Assembly: GCA_051294375.1 (NCBI GenBank)
Contig: CM119267.1
Coordinates: 10,787,045-10,851,044 of the forward strand
Length of the DNA stretch: 64,000 nt
DNA from: Paraspadella gotoi
Taxonomy: Eukaryota; Animalia; Chaetognatha
Direction: 5' to 3'
The notes beneath the pieces are model-generated. The model made no database searches and was not told the DNA's origin. It saw nothing but the letters and a program-made list of their open reading frames with translations. A program made the translations under genes and the position numbers. Of the stretch, positions 26,001-38,982 are shown in pieces. The number at the start of each line of letters is the position of its first letter. Position 1 is the stretch's first letter.

Positions 26001-29000
26001 AATAAAACTCGTGTTGCCCCTCCGCAATCTCGCGAGGTTTTCGCAACAATGAAAGCCCAAGCGCTCGAGCTTGGTGTGAAGCCGAAATTTTACGCAACAA
26101 AGAGTTAGAAATAAAATTTACCAAGGAGCACAGAGTTTTAAAAACGCATACCCGAATAAAAACAAAATCCGTTTGAAACGTTAATGGATAAGATTAAAAA
26201 ACGTCAAAGAGGCGTTATAATACTCAACTAAAACGAAAACTTACAAAAACCCCAAAATCTCAAATGATTTTGCGGAGAAACAAAGAAAAACGCGAAGAAA
26301 AGGTGAAGGGTAAAAAAAGAAGCGGGGGCAAGGGTTGAGTAGGGCTCGTGGTGAGCATTGTGGTGAAGGCTCCGATAGTGGCGTAGGAGAGCCACTCTGC
26401 CGCCTGCGCCATTATTGGAAGACGTCCATTCACACTTGGCTGGTGAAGAAGAAACGGAGCTGTCTGGTTGTCTATATGCCATCCAAAAACTGATCTCGCC
26501 CTAACCCCTCTCCAGATAATACCACATACAAATTCCCGACCGAAAGTCATTCGGGCCATGGAGACGAACTCTGGGGCATTAGGGAGACGCCATTTTTGAC
26601 GGAGGTGACCGATCATAATCCTTCGCACGCTCTAGGCGCTCACTCCTTTACATCACAAAAAAAAACCCATTTGAACCTCTTTCTTTAATTCGGATAGACT
26701 TGCTGCGAAAGTCGACGACGAAGGTAAAAGGGCGGAAGAGGTGGTTTGGCAGCCGAGTCTCTTCGGGATGGACGATTTGAAGGCGGGATATAAATTGGGT
26801 CCCAAATTGTGTAGGAAGTCTAATCAGTTCGGCGAAAAGAAAGGTCAACCCGGCTGAGGTCGATAGAGGTTCCAGAGAAAAAGAAGATGGGGGTTTGTCC
26901 CGACTAGAAAAAGGAGGAAACCCAAACGCGGATCTCATCTCGTGGGGTCGTAACCCCAACCGTCTTGAATTGCCAGAGCATTTTGCACAAAAAGATCAGC
27001 ATAACAATGGAGCGAATCCAATCAAAAATCCAGATGACATGTCACAAGGGCTCATGAATATTTGAAAGGTTGAAGATTAAGGTTTGTTAAAAATAAGAAA
27101 CCCCCTCTTGAAATAAGAAAAATATGACTGTGGTATATAAAAATATGCGAAAATATATAAAAAACTATAGTTTATTAAATTACACAAGCATTAAAAATTC
27201 AAAAGGGAGCAAACGCAATTACGGAAACAAAAGGTTAACAACAAAGGAGCTTTAATACAGTTTCTAATCATCTAAAGAAACTGCGCGAGGGAGAAAGGAA
27301 GGACACTTCTAAGATTTACAACGCGTATATTCTCCGCTTGCTCATATAATGCCCGACTGCTCCCCCTTTCATTTTATCGGAAGGGAACGGTAAGAAGAGG
27401 GGAAAAAATTTTCGGGGTAGAGAGAAAGAATGAGATTTTAGGAAAGACCGAGAGACAAATATCAAATTCCGATAAAATTCATGTATTTTTCAAAAGAAAA
27501 TAAATTTAAAACAGGTTCTTGGATTTTCTTTTTCCCCGCAAGTAAGATTTCATAATTTCGTTTTTCTTTTATTCATATTTTGACTTCTTTTTCTTTTGCC
27601 CCACTTTGCTCAACACCCACCCCTCATCATCGTCTCCCCGTCACCGTATTCCCCCACAACCCCGAATCCATTGTGTTGCCACTCTCGTCTTCATTGGACG
27701 GTGACGACTTCATTTGTAGCAACAGAGAACGAACTGTGGGGAGGGAATCCATTCAATTATTTCCGCTCCTATCAGGGAGAGAAACCAAAATCGGCTTTCT
27801 ACGGATAAATTTTCAACCCCAAAAAAAGGCTATAATAAAAAAAAAATTTCGTTCCCCCGGCGGGTCTTAGTCAATTTTCAGATTTCATTATGGCGCGAGA
27901 ATTTCCCATTGAAAAATTTAAGAGTCGGGAAAACCGGGGTGCCACTGAAATGATTTCTATGGCACAGGTCTGAATGGCGGCTGTAAAAATGAGTTTTGGA
28001 AGAGTTGCAACTATCGTAAATGAATGACAGAAGGAAAAAAAGGAAAGGAAAAAGGAAACTCTCGGGGGAATGCGGGAGGATGAGAAAGCGAATGAAAGAA
28101 CTCATCTGCACGTGGATTCGATGGGAAAAGGAAGGGCAAAAGAAGGAAATGGAGGAAAAGGTGGAAAAAATGAGGGAATGGGGAAACGGAGGAAAAAGAA
28201 TTTCTGAAGCGAAAAAACAAGAACGCACATTTAACGCGAAAGCAAAAGATGGCTGCGAATAAAGGGGAGGGGAAGGAAAAGACATTCATTATAGAGACTA
28301 AATATGAAACTTTAGAGGAACAATAAAACAATATTTTTGTTACTCGCCAAATAAAATAGTATACATACTACATAGTATATATTCCTACCATTTCAGCACC
28401 ACAAAAACATTGAAATAAAACAGTCTAAGAGAATACCATATATATATATATATCATACATCAAGAATTTCGACTGTGAAAGATAAAGCGGAGAAGGGAGG
28501 GAACGATTTTCGTGCTTATAGAAAAGAATTTCCGAGCGGCGCCAAGAAAGAAAGGGGAGTTCGCTTGGGAGAAATTGCGAAGGGAACAAAGCGGTGGAAA
28601 AGCTGAAAGGAGGGAAGAGGAGAAACGAGGGAAAATTTAAACGAAATATGAAGTGATTATGAAATAGTCAGGGGTCGAACTTGTTCCATCTTCATTTGGT
28701 CTGAATTTACTTATACGTCTGCAGTATTTGCAAGAAAAAAAATATTTAAAGCTATAATAAAAATTAGATTAAAATTACTGACATTAAAAATTATTGAAGT
28801 TAAGCGACAGTTAAACAAATTTTTAATGTAATTGATCAAATAGAAATGAAGAAAATTTTGTAAATCGGGGGAGAGGGGGCGACGGGAATGAACAAAAGTC
28901 GAAAATAAGCCACTGTAAAGAAAGAGATGAAGTAAGCAGTTTTGAATAATGATCATGTCAAAAAAAATGAAAAAAGTGAACCAGAACATCAAAATACAAA

Positions 29001-30325
29001 AACAAACCAAAAAAAAACTTTGGGGCCAACTATATGATTTTAAAAATATTATTGATACGGATATCGATAGGATATATTGGATCAACGTGAAGGAAAAACC
29101 GTCAACTCGAGTTAACCCACCATATAATTATCCCTATAGTGGACCCAACCTCTAAGAATAAGGCAAAAACCTTTCCATTCATCGCTGCCAAAGAGAAAAA
29201 GGAGAGGAAAAATTCACGAGAGAAATATTTCTAGATAGGCAACTTATACAGCTTTTTCATCGCATAAAAAAACGGCCCCCCATAGCAGCGCATAAGCGGC
29301 ATTGATTCGAGTAGGTCCTGGCGGCTTCCCGTGGAGCCGCGAAGGGGAGCTGCCCATCAGAGAGAGAGAGAGACTCGAGAGCGCAAAGGAAAGAACAAAA
29401 GCGACTCGGCGCTCGCGTCACGGTCCGAGGGTTCTTTCGAGGGCCAACGACGACGACGAGGAACGACGCTTCCCCTGGCGCTTCCACCACTGCGCCAACA
29501 GCAACAACCACCACAACAACGACAAGGATGACCGCGACGGCGACGACGACTCTCGGTTCAATGATAACCCTTCCCTCGGTGGAGCGAATAAACGAGGGAA
29601 TCGCGACGCCGTCGACGAGGACCGCGACGGACGCGCTTCCTGGAACCAACGGGAGGCGCGGCGGGGGAGGTTAAGGGCCATGGGGGGGTTTTACGCCGAT
29701 GCACCTCGGCGACGCTTCGGGGGGTGTAAGACGAGGTGAACGGCGGCGAGAACTTTCGGCGTCTGATCGGGGGACGCGAGAGAAGACGGATAGGCAGTAG
29801 TGTGAGAGGTTACGATGAATAAAGAGTTCGAATACGGAAAGGAATGATGGAAGGATGAATTAAAAAGGTACCAAAACCTCTGAACAGTGAACAAATCTCG
29901 CCGATCAACGCCAGTGACTGCTTTAAGTTTTTTTTTAACCTGCATAAGCAAGTGGATTGAACTGCGAAACAACAAAGCCCCAAAATTTGGTCTCGTCGAA
30001 AGAAACACGATGAAGCGTGAAAACAATTTCTCGGCCCGAGGGGGGGGGGACAGGAAAAGAAACTCGATACGGACACGTCGACGGGACAGGGACGGCGTGC
30101 CATAACTAATGGATGAATTGATTATGAAAACCGTATCTAATGAATCTTTTTTTCATCTTTTCATCCCGGTTGAAAAACAACCGAAGAAGGGAGAAGTCCG
30201 GAACAAGAAGAGGGGGAGGAGGAGGGTCTTGATATAGAGTGATTACTGGACCAAAACCAGATGACTCAATAAACAGCGGCGTTCCTCCGGGAGAAGGTTT
30301 GAATGAAAAAGGGAAAACCGCGCCC

Positions 30326-30327
<2 letters not shown>

Positions 30328-30391
<64 letters not shown>
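30328..30391. repeat. (GA)n microsatellite, about 32 units
   Basis: Direct reading. Confidence 0.97.
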
Positions 30392-30394
<3 letters not shown>

Positions 30395-32602
30395 CAGAAA
30401 TCGACTGCTGGGGTGGGAAAAGACGGGGGAGCGAGAAAACAAGTTAGGGTCGTCCCGAGATGAGCCTCGTTCTGACCCGATGCCAAAAATGACAGACATC
30501 TTCGATACGCATCGCGAGATACCAAAAATCGGAAAAAGAAAGAAAAAATGGCCAAAAGAAAATATTTCCTTTTCCTTGGAGGCTAATGGCCTCTCTTAAT
30601 CTTGACTCGTTGTGGAAGCTTTGGGAGACGGGGGGGCGAAAGGGAGGCGAGAAAAAAGACTGCGAAAAAAAGGAAGAGAAATGACCAACCGAGAAGCGGC
30701 GTCAGAAAAGGGAAAATGTCGAAGCTGGTCTCTGGGGGAGTCTTCAACAAAACAAATACATTAACCACTGACAAACCGCGAGTTGGGGGGAGAGGGAAGG
30801 AGGGAAAGTAGAAGGCACTCGATTTGGCTTTGTCGCGGATACGAGCGATGCGTTGTCCTTGGATGTAAAAGGAAGAAGCAAAGGGGGATGGAGGAGAAAA
30901 GACCCCGCGAGGAAGAGGAGGAGAATGACGAGGATGGCGAGGTCGCAACGAGAGACGCGGGACTAACATTACGACGCAACTAGATCGCGTCGGAGGAGAA
31001 AATGGAGAGAGGAGAGGGGGGTTCTTGGTAACGGCGCTTATATGGACGGCACTAAGAGTTGCGAGGGCAATTTGGGACAATTGCGCTGTCATCAAGGATA
31101 TATGGCGAATCGGAGAACCACCCTTGGCTTGACCAAAACGGGTCAGCGATCCCGATAAAATGTGAACTGACAACTGCGGAATTAGACGAAAAGTGCAACC
31201 GGTGCTCGATCGCGTAATGGAAAAACTTAAAACATTTAATACAATTCTTAAAACTAATATTTAAAAAATATCAAACAAAAAAAATAGGCGACATCGCAAA
31301 GAGTTCAAGGCCCGGGATTCTATTAGCGGCTCTCAAGGTTTAGGATGAGATTAACAAGAACCTCGAGAGGAGAGAAAGGTTAACGACTTTGCTACCTCAC
31401 ATAGAATTCACTTCATGTATAAAACCGACAATCGTAAAGATTGATTTGAGCGAAAAGAATTTCGCGTTCGCAAAATAAAAAAAAATTGGAGAGAAATAGA
31501 ATTGAAAAAAAAAATAGAGTACATGGTAACATTGTAGAGTATAAAATATAACTTACCTGTTCGTCGGCGTTAAAAGGGTACAAAATTGCGGGAAGGAGAA
31601 AAAATATAATCATGAAATTAGCATAATTATGAAAACAATATTTCAGTTAAAGCAACGCGCGTTCTTCGCGATGAAATAAAGTCAAACAAATTCATCATTC
31701 TCACCCAACACCACTTTGTTTACCTTTATTTAAAAAAAAACTCCGTGCGCTCATTAGCGGTCGGAGCGAAGAATGGAAAAAGTCGGCCATTTTCCATCTC
31801 CCCGTCCGCTTACTGCCTCGTATTATCATGGTCTGATTCCTGCCGTTTTAATTACACTCGAGTCCTTTTTTTCTCTCTCTTTCTCTCCCTTTCTATTTTC
31901 TCTAAACTAACCTCTTAAAACAAAAACCCGTCTTCTTGCCTTTGTGTTGCGACGCGCTAAGGAGGACGTAACTAGCTAAATCTTTCTTTCCGGGAAGGAA
32001 ATCGAATTGGGTGGGGGAAGAGGGTCTATGAGGAGAAGGGCGATTACGTATGGGGGAATCTAATTTTCTTCGATGTTGGCGAATAAAGAAGAGGTGAGAC
32101 TCGGGGCTGATGGGGGCGCTCGCTCGCGCTCTCTCTCTCTCATTCGCCGCGGCGGCGACGGCGCAGGCGTCGGTGGTGATAATCAGTGGCGCAGCGCGTT
32201 GGCAGCGGAGATGAAGAATGGCGATGAAGTCATCATACAGTTCCCTCATTTATCAAGTTTATACCAGTTGCGCACCGGGTGAATGTCAGGAGCCCGTGAA
32301 AGAGAGAGAAAAGGAGAAAGAGAGGAAGAGAGAGAGAGAGAGGCAATGGCAATGGCGTTTAAATGAATCTCATTTGGTCGGGAAAAAAAATGGGATCATC
32401 TATGCGCGTGTGCGGGAACGCGTTAACGGAAATATATTTCCTAGAAAAAAAAGGGAAAAAAAAAACCCCCAAGGAAAAGCAAAGGGTTAATAAATTCAAC
32501 AAATAGAATCGAACAATCTACATTTTTCTGCGAAACACATGAATAATAATAAAGTCTGTCGACGAGAGACTTCCTTCCCGGAGGCCGATCACGTCGCCGC
32601 CG

Positions 32603-32994
<392 letters not shown>

Positions 32995-33293
32995 CTAGTC
33001 GATTCAGCAAAAACTGTTTAGGCGAGAAAGACTGTAAACCAAAAAAAAAACAGTCGGCACGCATGACGAGAGAGTGTGTGGTGATATCCATCACGCTCAA
33101 TCGACCACGACGAGAGTACAAAATAATTCAACAATAAATTACGATTCCTTCGCTAAAAACGAAGTTGCTTTTTCGTTACGATTATATTTTTAACTGTTCT
33201 GACGGGAGTCTCGAAATCTCAATATCCTTCTAAAAAAAAACTCCCTTTCATCCACGATTCTTCGAATTTCCTTTTCCACTCTCCCCTTCCTCT

Positions 33294-36288
33294 TTACGCT
33301 TTCGCCCACGGGGCCTTAAATCGTTTCGGAAGCCGGCCGTCCTTCGTATTGAGAGCGTCGCAAATGTCAGAATAAAGCGGGAGTTTCTGCGAGAATCGTA
33401 AAAAAACATGGAATGATTAACATTTGCCCGAGAAGCGATGACGAGCATAAATTCCACCCCCCCCTCCTTGCGGGCCCGCGCTCGCGAATCTAGAGGAAAA
33501 CGAGCGAAATAAAAGGGATGAAGACGCGTTGATTCGTTGGCGAAGTTGCATAAGGATTCGGCAAGGGGCGGGGGATGGGAATTGAGATAAGCGAAAACTT
33601 TCTAGGGGAAGCACCTTCAGGGTTCCGAGAGCGGCCACAGACGGTTTGGATCTGAGCATCCTCTGGGCGAGTTGTTGGACGTCGCGTGACTCGACACGTC
33701 CGATAGCGTCGATGTAGAAAGAGGGATCCTTCTTGGAACCGGAAGTGAGTACTTGACGAGCGACGTCTTCGAAAACAACGGGTCGGGACTCAAGATTCAT
33801 CAGCAGCATCGATTGCAGTTGCTTCTTTGCTCTGGAAAAACGACGTGTGTTGATAGCGTTGTTTCCACTCCCGGATCGACTAGCCTTTTGTTTTGCCTCC
33901 CATCCAAAAATTATTCGATCTAAGCAATAAAACCTGGAAAATTCCACGGGATTGATCGTTCCCGCCATAGCGACCAATTCTCGGGTGATGATCTCGACCA
34001 ATTCGCGGAGATGCTTTGGATCGCATGAGGCGTGGATGCAGAAAATGCCAGAATCGACGTAAGAGTGATTATAGGCCGCCGCGTGTTGGATCCAATGGTA
34101 TCTAGGGTCGACCGAGAAGTTTCATATAAAACATTCGTATAAAAACAGATTTGAAAAAAAAAATTTACAATTCACCTATTTAAGACATTAAGATATAGCC
34201 GCGTGTACATTCCTTTGCCCGGCCCGCCCGCCGAAAATGATCCTCCCCCACCCATCATCATGTTAAGAATACAAGTGGCGATGAATTCGGATTCTTCCTG
34301 CAAGAATAACAAGCGGATCCCTTGGCGAAGACTTACTTAATCGAGCCCTCTCCGCCATGTTGAAACCCACCTGATGACAGGGACTCTCTAAACCAATGAT
34401 CACGTGCGCTAACTCCGGCATAGGATTCGGGCCAAGGCTCACGTTCGACAAATCCTTTTCCACTGTTACTTCGCCTCCTTTAAAAGTGGGAAAAACATTT
34501 TTAACGAGGAAAAGAAAAAAATCTACTTTTGAATTTGAATTATTTTTGGTCTTTGCTTGCCATAAGGAAAAATGAAAGTTTTAAAATAATATTGTTTAAT
34601 TTATTGAGAAGACACTTTTTATTAATTTCATGTAAAGGATAGGCCTATTTTATTTTGCTGCATTTAGGAATTAATTCGTTGTTTTTGCACTTTATGAAAA
34701 AAATGTAAATCATTATTTAGATGAGATTCTTTAAACTGAAAGATTTATGGCAAACAAAGACCAAAAGCAATTCAAATTCAAACTCCAAAACTTGCCAGAA
34801 TGAGATCTGTGAAAGACTACCATAATATTACCCGTGTATTGGGCCAATGAGTTATCGATCGGCAGGAGTGGCTCTTTACCCAAAAGGTTTGGATTTTGTT
34901 GCCAAATGGGCAAGACGTCGCTCCAAGGCGCCTCAAGAAAAAAAAATTCGACAAAAGAACATTCAATCCAACGGCATTCAGTTGAAATCATATTCTCTCC
35001 CAGTCCCACTCACCATCGCTGCTTGCGTCAATCTTTCGTGATCGACGCCGACTCCGGCCAAGACTATTCGCTTTGGGTCGTATTGTTGCGCCAGATAGCG
35101 GTAAATGTTCCCGCTCGTCATCGTTGCAACGTTCTCCTGCGGGCACATTTTCGGGAGTCCGACTGTGTTGTCCCGAAAGGCGGCAGCGTGAATGTACTCT
35201 TGCAACAGGCCCTCGGGATTGGGATTGACGTTGAGATCCTCCAGTTCGTAATTGATCAGCGTCTTTATCGCCCCCAAACTGTCCTCCGTGACGACGGGTC
35301 GCAGCACTACCTCCGCCAATATCTCGACAGCCTGTTCCAAGCCTCGCGTCTCCACGCTGATACCATAGATCATGGTGTCCCGGCTGCTTTGGCAGTCGCA
35401 AATCCCGCCGTACTTCTCCAATTCTTCCATGATACTGTCCTTCCCCGCAGGGTATTTGGGGGTATGGCCGAAAGCGAGCTTGTCGAGAAAGTGGGAGACG
35501 CCCGAGGGCATCGCCACTTCAAAGCGAGATCCCGAGTCGATGGCCACGCCCACGGTGCAGAACTGACCGAATTTGGGCTCCGAGGCGACGCGAAGACCGT
35601 TGGGGAGGGTGGTCACGCGGGTTCCTGAAAAACTCGTTTCCGCCTGGTATCGGGGGAGAAGGGGAAAATTTGAAACGAGGCTTGTAAGACGAAGATCATT
35701 CTTAAATCTGATCAGAGATTGTACCTTAGCGTAGATTGGAGTAGGAATTCCGGGTAACGGTTCTGTCAAGGGTACAATGGATCGACTCGACGGCGTCGAC
35801 TGGCTCGATTCGAATTTCGGCGCCGCTTGCGAAATTCCGGCCGACTGTTGCTGAGCTGTGGGAGTCAGTATTGACCGCTTTCTCTGAAATTTTGATTACA
35901 ACAAAGTATTAAGAACAGCCCAAAAAAGTTTTTAAGTAAAAAAACCTACCAAAACCGCCGAAGAATCTGTTACGGTAGTCTCGGCTGATCCAGCTAAATC
36001 GGTTTTACTGATGATGAAAAAAAAATACTCTTGTTAAAGTATTCTATATTATATATTTTTCATCACGTTCGAAAAATTATTACCTGCATAAACTCCGACT
36101 TTTACCGAAAAGTGTTGTTAGTTTGGAAGAAACTAAAAAAATAACAATATTGAAAACTCATTTAGTATTCAACTTTTCTTAACAACATTCAAAGTCAAAC
36201 CACCTGAAGTTTTTTGTTTGGGAAGGCTATTTGAACACATGACGTCTAGGCCCTTTTTCATAGCAAGAACTCGAGCAGAATTCGCCAT
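33294..36288 (-). CDS. PMPCA: Mitochondrial-processing peptidase alpha subunit, about 11 exons; exact C-terminus uncertain
   Basis: [111 protein letters not shown]-terminal exons spliced by eye from the ATG at 36288. Confidence 0.95.
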
Positions 36289-36698
36289 GGTTTTAATTTT
36301 AAAGAAAATCTAAAAAAGTAAAAACATTAATGATGCAATAACTTCGAATATGATGGTGCCTCGTTTTTTTTCTGTACCTCATCCACCTGTCAACTTCTGG
36401 AAACGATGTGCATCTACTAGTGACTAAATCAAACTAATGATTATCATTCAAAAAAAGTCGAGAATCATTGTTCCAACTGCCCGTTTCTCACGAACACCAA
36501 AAGCCACCCGAAAAAAATTCTGATGATAAAGCTTCAGCAATAACGACACTTACAGTAAAAAATTACACATTTCAATTACAATGATCGGACTAGAAAAACT
36601 GGAATTTCGACGCAAGTTCCATTTTTCCCCTTTTTTAATGGAGAAGGAGATATATAAAGAGAGATCAACAGCACATGAGCAAGGTTTTTGGATATTCC

Positions 36699-37448
36699 CT
36701 AATAAATGAAGTCTTTGAGGGACTCGGGTCTGTCGGTGGCTTCTCTTTCGTCCACGGGTTCCACTTGCAGACGAGAGTAGTTGCCGCGAGCTCTTCGCCT
36801 CGGCGCAGCCGCTCTTCCCTCGAGAACCAACGCGATTATTTTTTTTCTGTTGTGATATGCGACGTAGGCAACTATGGTGAAGACGGTTACGGTTAAGAAA
36901 TACGCCATGAAATGAGACGAACTTTCTCCTTCGTGGCGCGGATGAATCGATATTTTCGTATTCGTTGGAGAATCATTGTCCGCCTTCACGATCGACTTGA
37001 ATACGTCATTGTCTTCCTCATCCTCTGCTGCTGCAGGTACAGCCACCTTTCCCGTTTGAACGGATGAAGTTGGCGACTTCGAACTCGAAGACGAACTGCT
37101 TGAGGAGCTGGAGCTGTAACTCGATGTTGTGGTTGTAGTAGTTGTCGGGGTCGACGTAGTAGTAGTAGTTGTAGTAGTAGTAGCAGTAGTAGTGGTTGAT
37201 TTCAAAGTAGTTGTATAGGATTTACTTGAAGGTGTTGTTGTCGTCAGGACGATTGAAGCGTTCGTTGACGTTACGTTATCACTCTCATTATTCTTGGCTC
37301 TCGATTGCAATTTTGATATATTAAGGCTTGTTGACTCATCTTTTGGATTTTCACCCTCGGGCTGTGGTTCAGATGGTTTTGAATGTACTTGAGAATTTCC
37401 GATTAGCAGGAGAAGAAGCGCGAGTTCCGAGAGATAAAGCCACAACAT
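36699..37448 (-). CDS. TGN38/TGOLN2 - KCT2(C5orf15) family type I membrane glycoprotein, intronless
   Basis: Signal peptide, Thr/Ser mucin-like stalk, SSHFMAYFLTVTVFTIVAYVAYHNRKKIIALVLEGR transmembrane signature, and YSRL sorting motif. First in-frame ATG at 37448. Confidence 0.88.
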   Translation of the reverse strand: MLWLYLSELALLLLLIGNSQVHSKPSEPQPEGENPKDESTSLNISKLQSRAKNNESDNVTSTNASIVLTTTTPSSKSYTTTLKSTTTTATTTTTTTTTSTPTTTTTTTSSYSSSSSSSSSSSSKSPTSSVQTGKVAVPAAAEDEEDNDVFKSIVKADNDSPTNTKISIHPRHEGESSSHFMAYFLTVTVFTIVAYVAYHNRKKIIALVLEGRAAAPRRRARGNYSRLQVEPVDEREATDRPESLKDFIY

Positions 37449-37689
37449 GGTTGAAGTTACAACATGGAAAAACTGAAACACTAAAAATCGGACATGAGTG
37501 TATTTAAGTCGGCTATTGTTCTTGTAGAGTTCTTGCAGTTTCAGGAGACGAGTTGGAACCCTAAAAAAACTTATTCAAAGTTAAGTCTTTCTTTACTGAT
37601 ATAATTTACACAATACAGAATTATACTTAAAACGGTTCACAAAATAAACATTGGATAGACAAAATTGTCCGTCTTTGAACGAGAAACGA

Positions 37690-38307
37690 TCAATCCATCC
37701 TTCCCTTGAGGGTTCTCGTCGTAACTTTGTCCTTCTCTATGACGTGAACCACAGCGCCCCAACCGGAAACGGCGTCGCGGTCGGCGGCGTTCAATAGCGC
37801 CTGAGACACCGCCTCGAACAAAGCATCCGGCTCCATGTTGGGCTCCCAGAGAGATTCGCACATGCCGTACATCTGCTCGGCGCAGGTGCCAGACACGACA
37901 AAATCTTCCGTTTCCATTGGACACCCGATCAAATCCAGGGAACAAATGAAGGGTTTGTTGGTCTTGGGTTCTAGACCTGCGATGACGGGCTCGATGAAGT
38001 ATGGACCGAATCGGCGCTCGTAGAGGAGGTTGGAGACCATCGACATGAAGGTCTTTGGCTTGATCTCGCGGTTCTCGCGCAGGGAGTAGAGTTTAAGCCG
38101 AAAGTTGAGCCGATCGCGCACCGTTTGGATATCGGTGGCCAGACCGGCTAATCCTAGGTACAGCTTGGGTCCCATCTCGAAGACTTTTGGAAAGTTCATA
38201 CCCACTGTCTGCGCCTGGATTCCGTAGCGAAGGTCCGATGCTATGGCGACGCAATCCTTACCCGTCATCGCGATGCAAGCACCGCCGTTGTAGGACATGA
38301 TACTCAT
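37690..38307 (-). CDS. PSMB3: Proteasome subunit beta type-3, intronless, 205 aa
   Basis: [28 protein letters not shown]...[14 protein letters not shown]...DRDAVSGWG...[10 protein letters not shown]. Confidence 0.98.
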   Translation of the reverse strand: MSIMSYNGGACIAMTGKDCVAIASDLRYGIQAQTVGMNFPKVFEMGPKLYLGLAGLATDIQTVRDRLNFRLKLYSLRENREIKPKTFMSMVSNLLYERRFGPYFIEPVIAGLEPKTNKPFICSLDLIGCPMETEDFVVSGTCAEQMYGMCESLWEPNMEPDALFEAVSQALLNAADRDAVSGWGAVVHVIEKDKVTTRTLKGRMD

Positions 38308-38370
38308 GGTCGTTTTTTTTAGAGAGGAATCGTAAATAGAATACTAAAATCAAATCAAAACAAAACGGTT

Positions 38371-38982
38371 TCAAACTGATCTGTTCTTTAATAGAGTTTG
38401 GACCTTTTTCAATACAATTTCGTTTAAAGAAACACAATTTTCGCAGTCATAAGGTGGATGAATGATTAAAGCGTTGCCGGCGACCTTGATGACGTCTCCT
38501 CCGGTCCCCCCAATCTCCACTGGAATTCTGTTGGCCGTCAACCAATCGCAGACGTCGTTGCGTTTTTCTTCTAACTCATTGTCGGTAAGAAGGTGATTCG
38601 ACTCGGTAGTGAAGGCTTTCTGCATTTGCGTCAAAAATTCGTCGTCAGCCTTCGATAAAATCGTGACACTTTTGACAACGCATCCCATGACCATCTCGAT
38701 CGCCAATCCTCCGTCTTTGGCGGGGTTGACAAGCACAACGCTTTCCGACACGGGATCAACGGTGAAAACTACTCCATCCATCGTCTTCCCGTTATCCAAA
38801 GTAACCACAACTCGGTGGTCGACGACACGAAACCATTCCGCCGGATCTTTAGAGAAAATAGGGGGAGGAGTTTCATCCTCGTCTTTTTCTTCCTCCGACG
38901 TCAGGTTCTCGATATTTCCACGAAATATGACAGGAAAGGAGGGAACCGGAAAGTCGTTCCGATCGGCGCCAATGACGTCCAT
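38371..38982 (-). CDS. GEMIN6: Gem-associated protein 6 (SMN complex), intronless, with acidic N-terminal extension
   Basis: Sm-like fold GVVFTVDPVSESVVLVN; C-terminal LEEKRNDVCDWLTANRIPV..IHPPYDCENCVSLNEIVLKKVQTLL. Confidence 0.9.
   Translation of the reverse strand: MDVIGADRNDFPVPSFPVIFRGNIENLTSEEEKDEDETPPPIFSKDPAEWFRVVDHRVVVTLDNGKTMDGVVFTVDPVSESVVLVNPAKDGGLAIEMVMGCVVKSVTILSKADDEFLTQMQKAFTTESNHLLTDNELEEKRNDVCDWLTANRIPVEIGGTGGDVIKVAGNALIIHPPYDCENCVSLNEIVLKKVQTLLKNRSV

Noticed and set aside
26499-26508. CCCTAACCCC as a telomerase template or interstitial telomere
   Set aside because: Single short match with no supporting helix or pseudoknot context; expected by chance.
27923-27982. Hairpin containing TATGGCAC (miR-183-like seed)
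   Set aside because: The seed is on the 3' arm, the loop is too small, and the rest does not match the family.
27878-31173. Several 100-196 aa ORFs in the desert (27878-28285, 29257-29739, 30583-31173)
   Set aside because: Low-complexity products of purine-skewed or trinucleotide-like sequence, many with non-ATG starts and no recognisable domain.
34834-35628. 264-aa plus-strand ORF and similar plus-strand ORFs across 33-64 kb
   Set aside because: Antisense shadows of the identified minus-strand genes.
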